In this document: in pieces, positions 1-11,420 of the stretch
Layout of the letters: every line of letters begins with the position of its first letter
How positions within the stretch are numbered: the stretch's first letter is position 1
The notes under the pieces: generated by a model
The model's input: the letters and a program-made list of their open reading frames with translations, nothing else
The model's database searches: none
Told to the model about the DNA's origin: nothing
Position numbers and translations under genes: made by a program
Assembly: GCF_028641065.1 (NCBI RefSeq)
Contig: NC_073405.1
Span: forward strand, 18,910,001-18,974,000
Direction of reading: 5' to 3'
DNA length: 64,000 bases
From: Leucoraja erinacea
Lineage: Eukaryota

Positions 1-9
1 ATCAGCAAA

Positions 10-120
10 TGTAAGATTGAGCTGCTCACACAGACAAGGGCGTACAGGGAATAGTGTCGGGGGTCTCAGTACACAATCACGAGAGACACCAGTGTTGAGG
101 GTCAGGGTGGAGGAGATGAT
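10..120 (-). mobile_element. Degraded Rex1/Babar-type LINE reverse-transcriptase fragment
   Basis: Minus strand reads ISSTLTLNTGVSRDCVLRPRHYSLY, matching the SSTLTLNTGAPQGCVLSPLLYSLY RT motif of Rex1/Babar LINEs. Confidence 0.7.
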
Positions 121-1554
121 ACAACAGATGTAAAATGAACTGTTCACCCTTCAGGCCATAGAGGATGGTTTTCTTGCAACAGCAGTGGAGACAGCAGAAT
201 TGATTATGATGTATTCAGTATTAAAGCAAACCGATGAGTATGATTTGAGTGTCTGGACTGATTTAGACAGATGTTTAGATGCAAAGATGTATCCTCTTGA
301 TCACAAATGTTCCGGGCTCTTCACAAATCTGATCTGCACCAGATGTATGCAAAGAATTATGAAAGAGGTTGTACTGCACTCAGCATATTTGCGCAATGTG
401 TAGTTTGTAGCATTGCCAATTGGCACAGCATAGACAAAGGTCTGGAAGTGTGGGTCATTCTTGCCTATCTACATAGACTGTTTTGCAAAAGAAATGCATG
501 ACTCCCTGATGCTGGTTGACTGCTATCCAAAAGGCATTGAGGTAAGGCATATCAAATCATGCACCACTACTTTACTCACTGCTCTGAACTAATCTCTCAA
601 TATGTGGATTTTATGAAGAGATTTTAATAAAGTAAAAATCTACAATTTTTGTCATTTCAGTTTTAACAACTTTCAAATCAAATGGGTTAAAAATCGCTTC
701 ATATCTTATCCCCCATTTTTCTATGAGGCTTAGGTAATGCTGATGCACGGAAGACTCAGGATTTTCATAAGAGGCAGTTGATGGTACAGGCTATTAGTAA
801 AAGGGGTTCAGATCAGGCTAGAAGCCAGGCTGTAAAAGATAGAATATCACAGAGTTGCAGAGATGTGCAGTTCCAGGGATTATCTCATAAGGGGTTCAGA
901 AAAACCCCCCATCTTGATCACGATCTCAGGAGAGAATACCCGAGGTGGAGCATATTCTCCGAAAGAAAATCCTGCAATGGCTGAAAAAGGGTTGGCACAA
1001 CACAAAACTGAAGAGGCTCACTTCTTGACTTTGTCAATATATCCAAAGATGGATGCTACATCGACACCTGGTGAGAATCCAGGATCAACACACGTTACAC
1101 TGATACATTTACAAAAATAAATCAGGACACAGCACATTGACTAAACTTGTAATTGAACATTTTGTTAAGCTAGTTTGACTTTTTCTTAATTTTGTGGGAC
1201 ATGATGTATTGAGAAGATATTGGAAAGCGGATCCTTCATTTGCAGCTCTCAGCACTTTCCACCTCTTGTTATGCACATTCTCTTTGTTACTTCACTGTAG
1301 TCAATGAACCCACGGGTCATTTATTTTACAGCAGGAAATATAAAAAATAGATACTGCAAAAATGAATAGGATAGCAAATACTAATGCGGGTAGCTGGTAA
1401 GTAGAGACAAGAAAGGTGAAATGGGAATAAATAAATAGTAAAACACTAAAGCATTTTGCCTGTCTTCCCGCAGAAGGCACAATAGTTGTAGAGCAATTAT
1501 TAGGGAACTCAAGGCATAGTGATAGTGAGTAATTTACACACATTAAAATTAATA

Positions 1555-1880
1555 TGAAGAAAGTGCTGAGGTAATTAAGAGAACAAAAAGTTGATAAATC
1601 ATGTGGACCAAATGACACGCATTTGCAAGGTTCTATTAGTAGCGTTTGCAAAGACTTTAGCTATTCGGCAAATGCTGGAATCTGTTGTTAAGCACTTGGT
1701 AACAGAATAATACGACATGAAAATCAACTTGTTTTCATGAAAGTTTTTTTTTGAGCTTGACATGTTTTTGGAGTGATTTTGTGAATGTAATCAATAGGGT
1801 AGAGAAGTGGAACCAATGGATGTAATATCTCTTGTTGTGGTCACAAAACCTTACAAACCACTGCCAAAATAAACAAATCA
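1555..1880 (+). mobile_element. Old CR1 LINE RT fragment
   Basis: Decayed KVDKS(P)GP motif at ~1585 and QHGF/xRVxKxEPMDVIY-like stretches at 1720-1830, with stops and frameshifts. Confidence 0.55.
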
Positions 1881-1974
1881 ACGTCAGCATATCCATCCAG
1901 GCCAACATGCCCAATATTGACATTCTCATTATAGGCAATCCACTCCAATGAGCAGTCGGCATCATTCAGATGGT

Positions 1975-2112
1975 GTATAGGAAGGAACAGCAGATGCTGG
2001 TTTAAATCAAAGATACTGTAGACACAAAATGCTGGAGTAACTCAGCGGGACTAGCAGCATCTCTGGAGAGAAGGAATGGGTGACGTTTCAGGTCGAGACT
2101 CTTTCTTCAGAT
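1975..2112 (-). mobile_element. Penelope-like element pLTR fragment with near-intact minimal hammerhead motif
   Basis: Minus strand CTGAAGA-AAGAGTCTCGACCT-GAAACGTC followed by the common ...CCAGAGATGCTGC...GAGTTACTCCAGCATTTTGTGTC tail. Confidence 0.75.
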
Positions 2113-2139
2113 CTGCCAACAGTCCTGGTGGTTAACATT

Positions 2140-2210
2140 TTATGGCTGCACTGTCAGAGGTGCTGTCTTTGGATTCGATGTCAAACCAAGGCCTCAATTG
2201 CTCTGTCAGT
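2140..2210 (+). mobile_element. SacSINE/DeuSINE-like core relic
   Basis: GCTGCACTGTCAGAGGTGCTGTCTTT...GATGTCAAACCAAGGCC resembles the Deu-domain SINE body. Confidence 0.5.
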
Positions 2211-2464
2211 TGCCATTAAATGATTTCAATTGAATTTCTGGAGTCACATGGATATAAAGTATTGCCTATGACCCATCAGTGGAAGAGTATTATAACTGAG
2301 ATTTGTTGAAAGAATAACTGTTGCTGAGATAGACACAAAAAGCTGGCGTAACTCCAGAGATGCTGCCTGTCCCGCTGAGTTACTCCAGCATTTTGTATCT
2401 ATCTTTCATTTCGATGGGTGGACTCCTTAATTGTTAAACCCGTTCCCTCCTCCAAGCTTTGTTG

Positions 2465-2765
2465 CAGAAGGATGGCCAGGTGAATTGAAATAATCTTTCA
2501 AGGACGTCCTCAAAGTCTCCTTGAGAACATCCAGCATTTTCAATGTCCAGTGGAGGTTCCTGCCCACAACTGTTCAAAATGGAGAAATGCATTGGATAAA
2601 CCTTACATTGGGAGCATCTGAGATCCAAGCAAAAAGTAATGGATGGAGAACACACGTCCCGTACTCCTCACGTACATCCCTCCCCCCATCCATCGTAGAT
2701 TCCGTGGGTCCCACATTGCCTCATTGGGCACCTCAGAACCTACAGAACTGTAATTAGAGTGGTGC
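2465..2765 (+). mobile_element. RTE (BovB-like) LINE 3' fragment
   Basis: FKDVLKVSL at ~2497 and a GSHI(G)LIGHLRT zinc-knuckle remnant at ~2707, typical of the RTE ORF C-terminus. Confidence 0.65.
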
Positions 2766-3346
2766 CTTTATCCTTGGAATACTAAGAGAGTGGGTTATGG
2801 ACAGCGGTTGAACCGGATTTGCTGGAATAATAGATTATTCAAATTATTCAAACTATTGTTTCTCTGAGTTTAAGTATCTTGGGGTAAAATCATAGGATCA
2901 CAATAAGGTTTGGGTGAAGGAAAGAATCTCTTCAGAATCATATTTTCTTATGTGATAGCTAACTATTGTAGCCAGAACTGCAAGCTGATTTTGTACACTG
3001 TATGCCATTGTTAATGTACATAGAACATGGAACAGTACAGCACAAGAACAGGTTTTTCAGCCCACAATGTATGTGCCGGACATGATGCCAAGATCAGCGC
3101 TTATCTACCTGCACATAATTATATCCCTCAATTTCCTGCTTCAATCAACACCCATTGCAGCGTGCTCCAGACACCGATCGCCTGCTGTGTAAATCACGTC
3201 CTACCCGCACTAGTGTGTAGAGAAGCCTGACATCAGATTGAAGTTGGTATGATCATGTACCGGAACAACTTTGATGGGATGATTTTCCCGCTCCTCCTGC
3301 TGCTTATAATCTGGTGTTCAAAACATACTTTTTCTATTTGAAACCG

Positions 3347-3478
3347 GTGAAGAAGGGTCTTGACCCGAAGCGTCACCTATTCCTTCTCTCCAGAGATGCT
3401 GCCAGTCCCGCTGAGTTACTCCAGCTTTTTGTGTCTATCTTCGGTTTAAACCAGCATCTGTAGTTCCTTCCGACACTT
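3347..3478 (+). mobile_element. Penelope-like pLTR fragment
   Basis: TGAAGAAGGGTCTTGACCCGAAGCGTCACC followed by the standard pLTR tail. Confidence 0.75.
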
Positions 3479-4924
3479 CTCGTGACCATGGTTTTGTTTG
3501 AACTGGAGTTGTGCATCAGCAAACTGGATGAAAGTCATTGAAGGAACAGTTTTGATCAGAAGAAGAAGATGTTCTCAACTTGGACATTTTGGTAATTAAA
3601 TTTGCATACGTTGATTGAAATAACAAAAATAACATTCCACCCACACTGTCGTATTTTGATGGTTGATTGCTGAGCCTGGCTTTATAATCATAAGATATTC
3701 TGCATCATATTTGTCAGAACATAAGAAAATAGGAGCAGGAGTCGGACACTTTGCTGCTCAAACTTGCCATGCCATTTAACATTATCATGGCCGATCTTTC
3801 CCTGGCTCTTCTGTGCAAGAACCCCATAGCCCTCAATTCCAGTCTTTTCCAAAAATGTAGCTACTTTTTCTTTAAACACCCCCAAAGTTTTGGAGGTTCA
3901 TCACCCTCCATGAAAAGAAGGTAATTGTGGTAATGATTAAAAAATAAACATGAAGTGATCGATCAGGCAGCATCTCTGGAGGACATATATGTAACATTTT
4001 GAGTAGGACCTTTCTTCAAGGGTGCTAACCTGAAATATCCACTATTTATGTCCTCTTGAGATCATGCCAAGACCATTACTTATCTACCTGCACATAACTA
4101 TGTCCCTCCATTCCCTGAATATATCCATATGTCTACCCAAAATTCTTCAAAATCCCACTAATATATCTGCTTCAATCACTAATGTATCTGTTTCAACATA
4201 CTCCAGGCACTGACCACCCGCTGTGTAAATAACATCCTACCCGCACCTATTGTGTGGAGAACCTGGCATCAGATTGAAGTTGGTACAATCATGAAATTAC
4301 CATCTACCACAACAGGTCTGAAGGGCAGATTTACCCGTTCCTCCTACTCCTTACATTCTAATGTTCAAAACTTACTTTTTCTAATTGGAACCAATGAAGA
4401 AGGGTCTCGACCAGAAACGTCATCTATTCTTTGGAAGGAGTGCTCCTTTTGGCAAACACATTGAACAGTAGAGATCTCCATCATGTTTGATAACGACAGA
4501 ATATTTTCAATCACCGTTATTGTTGACACTCCACGAGGCTGAATTTGTTGGCCTGTTTTATTTGATCAGTAGGCTTAATACTTGGTGCTGTACTTGAAAA
4601 TTAAATGAAACAATCTCTAATTTAATTGGGAAAGCTACTGCCTTGAATTTTAAAACATCGCATTGGAGGATTTTGCTCCAGATTGCAACATCAGCAATCC
4701 TTTAAGTCACCACTGCCTCCATTTTGTTGGCTTTCTAATTTGCAACTTTTATTTTCAGTTTTACTTGTTCTCCATAGATTTCCCCATTTGTCCTTTCTTA
4801 TAACGGGGGAGAAGATATTCTCTGCCACTAAGGGATAAGAGGAAAATGCTGGAATCTGAAACAAAAACAGAAAATGCTGGAAGATCAACCAGCCAAGCAG
4901 CATCTGTGGAAGGAAAACCAGTAA

Positions 4925-4969
4925 TGTGTGCGCACGCACGCACGCACACATGCACACCCACACACGCAC

Positions 4970-5001
<32 letters not shown>

Positions 5002-5130
5002 GCTCTCACACACACGCTCTCACACACACACTATCATACAACACACACGCACACGCTCTCACACACACACACACACGCACGCACGCACGCACACACACAC
5101 TCACGTTCACACTCACGTTCACACTCACGC
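4925..5130. repeat. Compound (CA)n/(CACG)n microsatellite
   Basis: Directly visible; it generates the spurious HT- and CV-rich ORFs. Confidence 0.95.
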
Positions 5131-5389
5131 ATCAAGCAGAGGATACAGTATTTTTTTTAATTGGAATCTCACAAACTTGAAATTAAATTAAACATTTGTA
5201 TTGCTTTTGAAACCATGAAATGTGCAATGTTACTCCGAGTTTCAGATTTCACAGTTGTAAAATTAGTTTTCCCGGGTCAACGACAACATCCAACTCCCTC
5301 TGTACTCAATTAAATGTTTAATGGTTTTTATCGAGCAAATAGATAGTAAAAAAATTCATGGCAGATCACTGATTCAATGCTGATTTCAC

Positions 5390-6090
5390 ATTTATTTATT
5401 GTCATATGCACCAATTAAGGTACAGTGATATTTGAGTTACCATACAGCCATACAAGTAAAATGAGCACAAGACACGATAGCGTTTAACATAAACATCCAT
5501 CACAGTGGAATCAACATTTCTCACTGTGATGGAAGGCGATAAAGTTCAGTCAATCTACCTCCTTTTGTTCACCTGTGGTCAGGGCCTTGAATCCCCCACA
5601 CGTCGCCGCTACGGGCGGCCCGATGTACACGCCCTCTTGTCGGGATGTTCGAAACTCCGACGTCGGGATGGATCAGAACACACTTGGATTTCCCGAATCA
5701 GCCACTTCTTACCGGAGACCGTGGCTTCACGATGCTAAAAACCATGGGCCAGCGGTCGAACACTTCTTCTGCCGATCCCCGGCAAGGGAACCCAGGCTCT
5801 GCGATGGTAAGTCCGTGCCGCACCAGCGGCTAGAAGCACTGAAGCCCGCAGCAGTAAGCAGGCCCTGTGGTCGGAGCTCCAACACAGGCGACCCTCGGCA
5901 AGGGATCCCAGGCTCCGCGATGGTAGGTCCGCGCCGCGCCTGCTACTGAAGCTCTGGGCCGGTCTCCGGTCTGGAAAGGCCGCACCAAACCAGTTGTTAG
6001 GCCACGAGGGGGGCGAAGATGCGACAAGGAAGAAAGTTGCATCTCCGTCGAGGTAAGTGACTGAAAACGGTTTTCCCCTATATAAAAACA
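5390..6090 (-). mobile_element. Unclassified GC/CpG-rich interspersed retro-repeat
   Basis: AATAAA-like end on the minus strand near 5395, internal ~60-bp duplication (5770-5830 vs 5888-5945), and a 3' part shared with 33340-33620. Confidence 0.55.
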
Positions 6091-6254
6091 AGCCTTCCCC
6101 CACAATTAAAATGTGGATTATTGAGATATCGGAGACCTTACATTTGGAAAAAATTAGGCTCGTCTTAATTGACAAACCAGAATTATTTACTAGAATATGG
6201 TCTCCATTTATATGATAAATATGCACCAGGGATAAAATAGTGGATAACAGAAGT

Positions 6255-6516
6255 GCTACCGCAGTGTTGCTTTACAGTGCCGGCAGTGCCAGAGACCCGG
6301 GTTCGATCCCGACTGCAGGTGCTGTCTATAAGGAGTTTGTATGTTCTCCCCGTGGCTGCGTGGGTTTTCTCAGGGATCTTTCACATTCCAAAGACGTACA
6401 GTTTTGTAGATTAATTGGCTTGCTATAAATGCAAATTGAGTGTAGGGTTGTGCTAATGTGCAGGGTTCGCTGGTTGGCGCAGTGTTTCCATGCTGTATCT
6501 CAAAATTAAACTAAAC
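6255..6516 (+). mobile_element. HE1-like tRNA-derived V-SINE
   Basis: B-box GGTTCGATCCC, V-domain GGAGTTTGTATGTTCTCCCCGTG, and an (AAACT)n tail. Confidence 0.85.
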
Positions 6517-7364
6517 TCGTGCTCAGTTCTGTAATATTGCAATTAATTACTTTAAGCTTGTCTCACTCCACCTTTCCACACTTAGTGCTACCCCCTACCC
6601 ACCCAGGTCTGTGCTTTTGTCCCAGAAACATCGTTTACTGCAATCAGTTGAGTTAATTTGGCCCATTTACCCTGTTTACAGGCAAACTGTTTCTGGTATT
6701 TAAAGAAGTATTTGAGTAAAGGGATAAATATGGGAATCAAAATGGAGGAGGGCCATCTAACACATTCTGGCAATGTGAGATAAAAGCAGAAAATGCTGGA
6801 AATATATCATGTGTCTGTAAAGCTTAAAACTAGAAGGATTAAACTCTAGGGAAAGTGGGAGGATAAATTAATTCCAAGGAATAAATAACTTGGAATGATA
6901 ACTCCTATCAGCCATTTGCTGCGAGTTAAATCCGGGGTCTGTAGCAATGCTCTTGTTTCCGAGCGATAAACTGTAGACTCAGTCTTTCACTCGTGAATAT
7001 GAACACATAATCCAGATTACAAAACAGGTGGTTTACATGCAATGTAAACTCTGCCATTATCAAATGGCCTGTTTCTGCACTTTAATCCCATTTAAGAACT
7101 TTAAAACTTTATCGTTCTAGTTTGCAGATGGTCAAGCAGATTACCTGGTTATTTGTTACTGATGAAGCAACAACATCAAATGAAAGGAATATGTTTGAAA
7201 ACAGAGTTGAAATGAAAGTGGTTGGGAGATATTCAAAGCAGAATTCAAGAGATAAAGGAGATGGGCTGAAAAATTGACAGATGGATTTTAATGTAGATAC
7301 TTACCAATGAATACACACAACAATAGAAACCATTGCAAAAGAACAGTATGAAAAAATAAAATGT

Positions 7365-7570
7365 TACCATGGCTCAGTCAGGAGCACTCTATGTTCTAAA
7401 TCAAATGGTGTGGTTTCAACTCCTACTTCCTGACTTATGTCTGACAACTAGTCTGATACGTTGTACATGGAGTGCTGTCCTGTTCAGTGTGGTGACGCAT
7501 AATTGAGGCACTAAATATACATTCTCTGTTTTATCAGGTAATTTCACGGCTACATCTGAAGAAGGTCAGA
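7365..7570 (+). mobile_element. Old SacSINE/DeuSINE-like tRNA SINE
   Basis: GGCTCAGT...AGCACTC...GGTTTCAACTCC tRNA-like head followed by a degraded Deu-like body. Confidence 0.5.
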
Positions 7571-7609
7571 CTCTCTTAAAATCTTAACTTCAACGGTATA
7601 CGTTCAACT

Positions 7610-7980
7610 GGAGGTTGAGCATTGTAGAGCTGAGGAACACAGAAGGACAAGTACATAGTTTGGCTGAAAGTGGTGTTGCAGGGGCAGATAGGATAGTGAG
7701 AGAGACTTTTGCCTTATTGGCCTTCATTCATCAGGGAACTGAGCATAGACGTTGGAACGATATGTTGCAGTTGTGCAAAATGTTGGTGAGGCCGCACTTA
7801 GAATATTGCAATCAATTTTGGTCACACTGCTTTAGGAAAGATATCTTAAAGCTGGAAAGGGTGCAGAGAAGACTTATGAGGATGTTGCCAGGACTAAAGA
7901 ACCTGAGCTAGATGAAGATGCCAGGGCAGGTAGGACTTTAGTGCACAGGAGTCTGGGCGGTGATATTATAGCAGTGAATA
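7610..7980 (+). mobile_element. CR1 LINE 3' ORF2 fragment
   Basis: ORF 7615-7911 contains LVRPHLEYCNQFWS...LERVQRRLMRMLPGL. Confidence 0.9.
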
Positions 7981-9069
7981 AAACTGATAATCACTGAATA
8001 TTATTCAGCAACTGAAACCTCACCAGGGCTTTCCTTTCCCCAGACTGAATGATTGAGGTTAATTGTAAAGCCCAACTACTGGCTTGACAGATCTGGATGG
8101 AATGAGAATTAAATGCAAATCCTCCTTACGTTTCGAGTCAGGGATATGGTAGAAAAGCTGATGTCAACGTGCAAACGTATTCATATTCCAATGGTGCACA
8201 GAGCCAAAAATATGTTGCACACAGCCAAAAAGCACAGGCAAATTGGACTAACTTAGATGAACATCTTGATCAGCATGGATGAGTTGGGCCGAACGGCCTG
8301 TTTCCGTGTTATATGACTATTAAATATCATGAATCAATCACAATATGGACAGTGGCTAAAATGCATGCATCTTTTTTATGCCACCCTCTTTGACTACTCA
8401 GCTCATATGTGCAGCATCACATATAATATGGTGTGCGTTTACATACATTTTTCAGGAAATTGTAGGCTGATCACCGATCTAATAAAAATGGGAGAACTGT
8501 CTTAAGTGGCTGAATTGTTACTTAGGTAAATATGGCTCAGTAAAACCCAACACATGCATTTGTTAAGGAGCAAGGTATGATTAATGGGATTTGAGACACA
8601 AGTTTGCAGATGTTGGAATCTTGGGTATTACACTTGATGGGCCGAATGGCCTAATTCTGCTTCTATCACTTATGATCTTATGAGCCAAAAAACAAGCTGC
8701 TGGAGGAACTCATCAAATCAGGCAGCATATGTGGAGGGAAATGCACAGATGACATTTTGGGCTGGGAACCTTTTTGTTCAGTTATCTGACTTAATACGAT
8801 TTCCTGATGGTCAGTTGGATAATAATATCTTAGGTTAATATGCTTCCTCGTTATCTCTGAATGACTGATTGAATCTGGCCACACTTAAAGTTCTGATAAC
8901 TGAAAAGCAAAACAAATTTTGTTACTCCTTTTACAGTAATAAATTGTCCTCAAATTTGCCATTAAATGATTTCAATTGAATTTCTGGAGCCACATGGATA
9001 TAAAGTATTACCAATGACCCATCAGTGGGAGCGTATTATAACTGAGATTTGTTGAAAGAATAACTGTTG

Positions 9070-9280
9070 CTGGAGTAACTCAGCTGGGACAGACAGTATC
9101 TCTGGAGAGAAGGAATGGGTGACGTTTCAGTTCTTCAGACTGGTTAGGGATAAGGGAACGTGAGATATTGACGATGATGTGGAGAGATAAAGAACGATGA
9201 ATAAAATATATGCAAAAAAATAACGACGATAAAGGAAACAGGCCATTGTTAGCTGTTTGTATGGTGAAAACGAGAAGCCA
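9070..9280 (-). mobile_element. Penelope-like 3' fragment
   Basis: GCTGGAGTAACTCAG...GGGTGACGTTTC plus upstream PLE 3' sequence. Confidence 0.7.
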
Positions 9281-10139
9281 GCTGCTAAGTCCTGTCATAA
9301 GTGACACAAATCCTTCAATAAATCTCAGTTCCCATTTATTGGCAGTTTTGAGGCCGATGGAAGTGTCTATACCTGAACTTAACTGCAGGTCCATTTATCT
9401 CTGCCAACACTAGCACTCTATACAAGTCTAAAAATAAGTAGCACTCCTATAATAGACAGCAGCCAACACTACAAAACGGCATCATCTCTCCCTTTAACAA
9501 GTGATCAGCAATTGTCTGTAAAGAAATAGAAGCTAAATGGGAGCCTGACAGATGCGGCCTGCTAAAGTAAACACATTTGATTTGGTTTCAATGTGGGTCA
9601 CCTAGTTTGGAAAGATGCATGCAAGGTTTCAAGAAATGCAAAGAGGTTAGAAACCACTAATAGACTACCCTGACACATAAAATTTCCAAGACTGATGTAT
9701 AAACAGTTGTAACATCCCTTGAAGACATCTCAGTTGACAGCAGATGAAAATAATGGGAAGTTTGACAAAAAGACTTCCATCACACAAAAATGAAAGAATA
9801 ATAGCTAATCGAAAGATGACAGGGTAATATCTGTGTGAAGAGAAAATCTAAAAAAATTCTTATGAGTAAAGTGACTTCTGTGCTTTTAAAATATGTTTGC
9901 AGGGAGCAATTTACAATTCAGTTATAGTATATCTATTTAAGAACATGAGGTAAAAAACAACTAGTTTGTATTCAATGGACAAATTTTACTTTTACGTTTT
10001 CTGTCTAATCAGAAGCAAAAGATACTGCTACATTTTTCTTGAAGACTAAGGACTTCACTATATGGTCTTCTAGTTGTAACAACAAAATGTTAATCATTCT
10101 CAAAATGGTGGCCTGGGAAAGGGTGAGGTAAATTTATTT

Positions 10140-10422
10140 TTAGTTTAGTTTAGTTTTTAGTTTGGAGATACAGCGAGGAAACAGGGCCTTCCATCCACCA
10201 AGTCCATGCACACCAGCAATCCCCAGACACTAGCACTATCCTACACACTAGGGTCAATTTACAATCTCTACCGAATCAATCAACCTACAAACCTGTACAA
10301 CGTTGGAATGTGGGAGGGAACCAGAGCACCCGGGGAAAACCCACACGGTTACAGGGAGAATGTACAAATTCTGATCTGACAGCACCCATAGTTAGGATCG
10401 AACCAGGGTTTCTGGCACTGTA
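10140..10422 (-). mobile_element. HE1-like SINE
   Basis: (TTTAG)n tail at 10140, reverse-complement V-domain, and B-box at ~10395. Confidence 0.85.
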
Positions 10423-10914
10423 ATTCATATATTTTCAGCCTACTTCACATCCAGAGATGCTGCCTGTCCTGCTCAGTTACACCTGCATTTTGTGTATGTC
10501 TTCGAAGTCACCTCGTCTGGATTAAAACGTATCTTGCAAGATTTCTCCAGCCTCTGAAATCACAGCAGCTGAATAAAGGTAAGGATCGTTTTGGGGAGGA
10601 GATTTCTGCCTGATATCAGTGCTCTGTGGTCCAGGAGATATAGGAGTGTTACTTCCCGAACCAAGCACCAAATCATCCTAATACCTCTAATCGAAAATCT
10701 TCAATAGGATTTAGCTTTACGAGATGTGGCTCCTCCTTTCTCCTTCATTCCCTTGAGTAGACTGCCCTTTGAATTAAGCCTGCCAATTGCAACAGATGAC
10801 CAGAAAGGTAAAATCTACTATCAAAATTATTTTTTATCCACTTAGAAAAGTGGATATCTCCGGCAAGACCAGCATTTATTGGCCATTTAGAATTGGCTTT
10901 GAGAAAGTGGTTGT

Positions 10915-11420
10915 ACAAAATATTGGTGAGGCCACAATTAGATAATTGAACTCAGTTTTGGTCACACTCTTCTAGGAAAGATGCGGTTAAGCTGGAAAAA
11001 GTGCAGAGAAGATTTACAAGGATCTTGCCTGGACTTGAGAGACTGAGCTATAATGAGAGAGTGAGCAGGCTAGGACTTTATTTCTTGGAGTGCAGGAGAA
11101 TGAGGGGTGATCTTATAGAGGAGTATAAGGTCATGAGGGGAATAGATAGATTAGATGGGGAATGTTGGACGGCGCGGGCAAGGTGTTTCGAAGGGCCTGT
11201 TTCCAGGCTGTATGACTCGATTACTCTATGACTCTATGAGATGCACAGTCATTTACTCAGAATAGGGGAATCAAAAACCAGAGGGCATAGGTTTAAAGTG
11301 AGAGGGAAAACATTTAATAGGAACCTGAGGGGCAACTTTTTACACACAGTGGGTGGTATATGGAATAAACTGCCAGAGGAGGTTGTTGAGGCAGGTACTT
11401 GGACATTTGGACAGATACAT
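10915..11420 (+). mobile_element. CR1 LINE 3' fragment
   Basis: QRRFTRILPGL..LSYNER...RRMRGDLIE..YK and ESKTRGHRFKVRG...WNKLPEEVVEAG. Confidence 0.9.

Noticed and set aside
4691-5191. HT-rich and CV-rich ORFs of 84-104 aa
   Set aside because: Translations of a (CA)n microsatellite.
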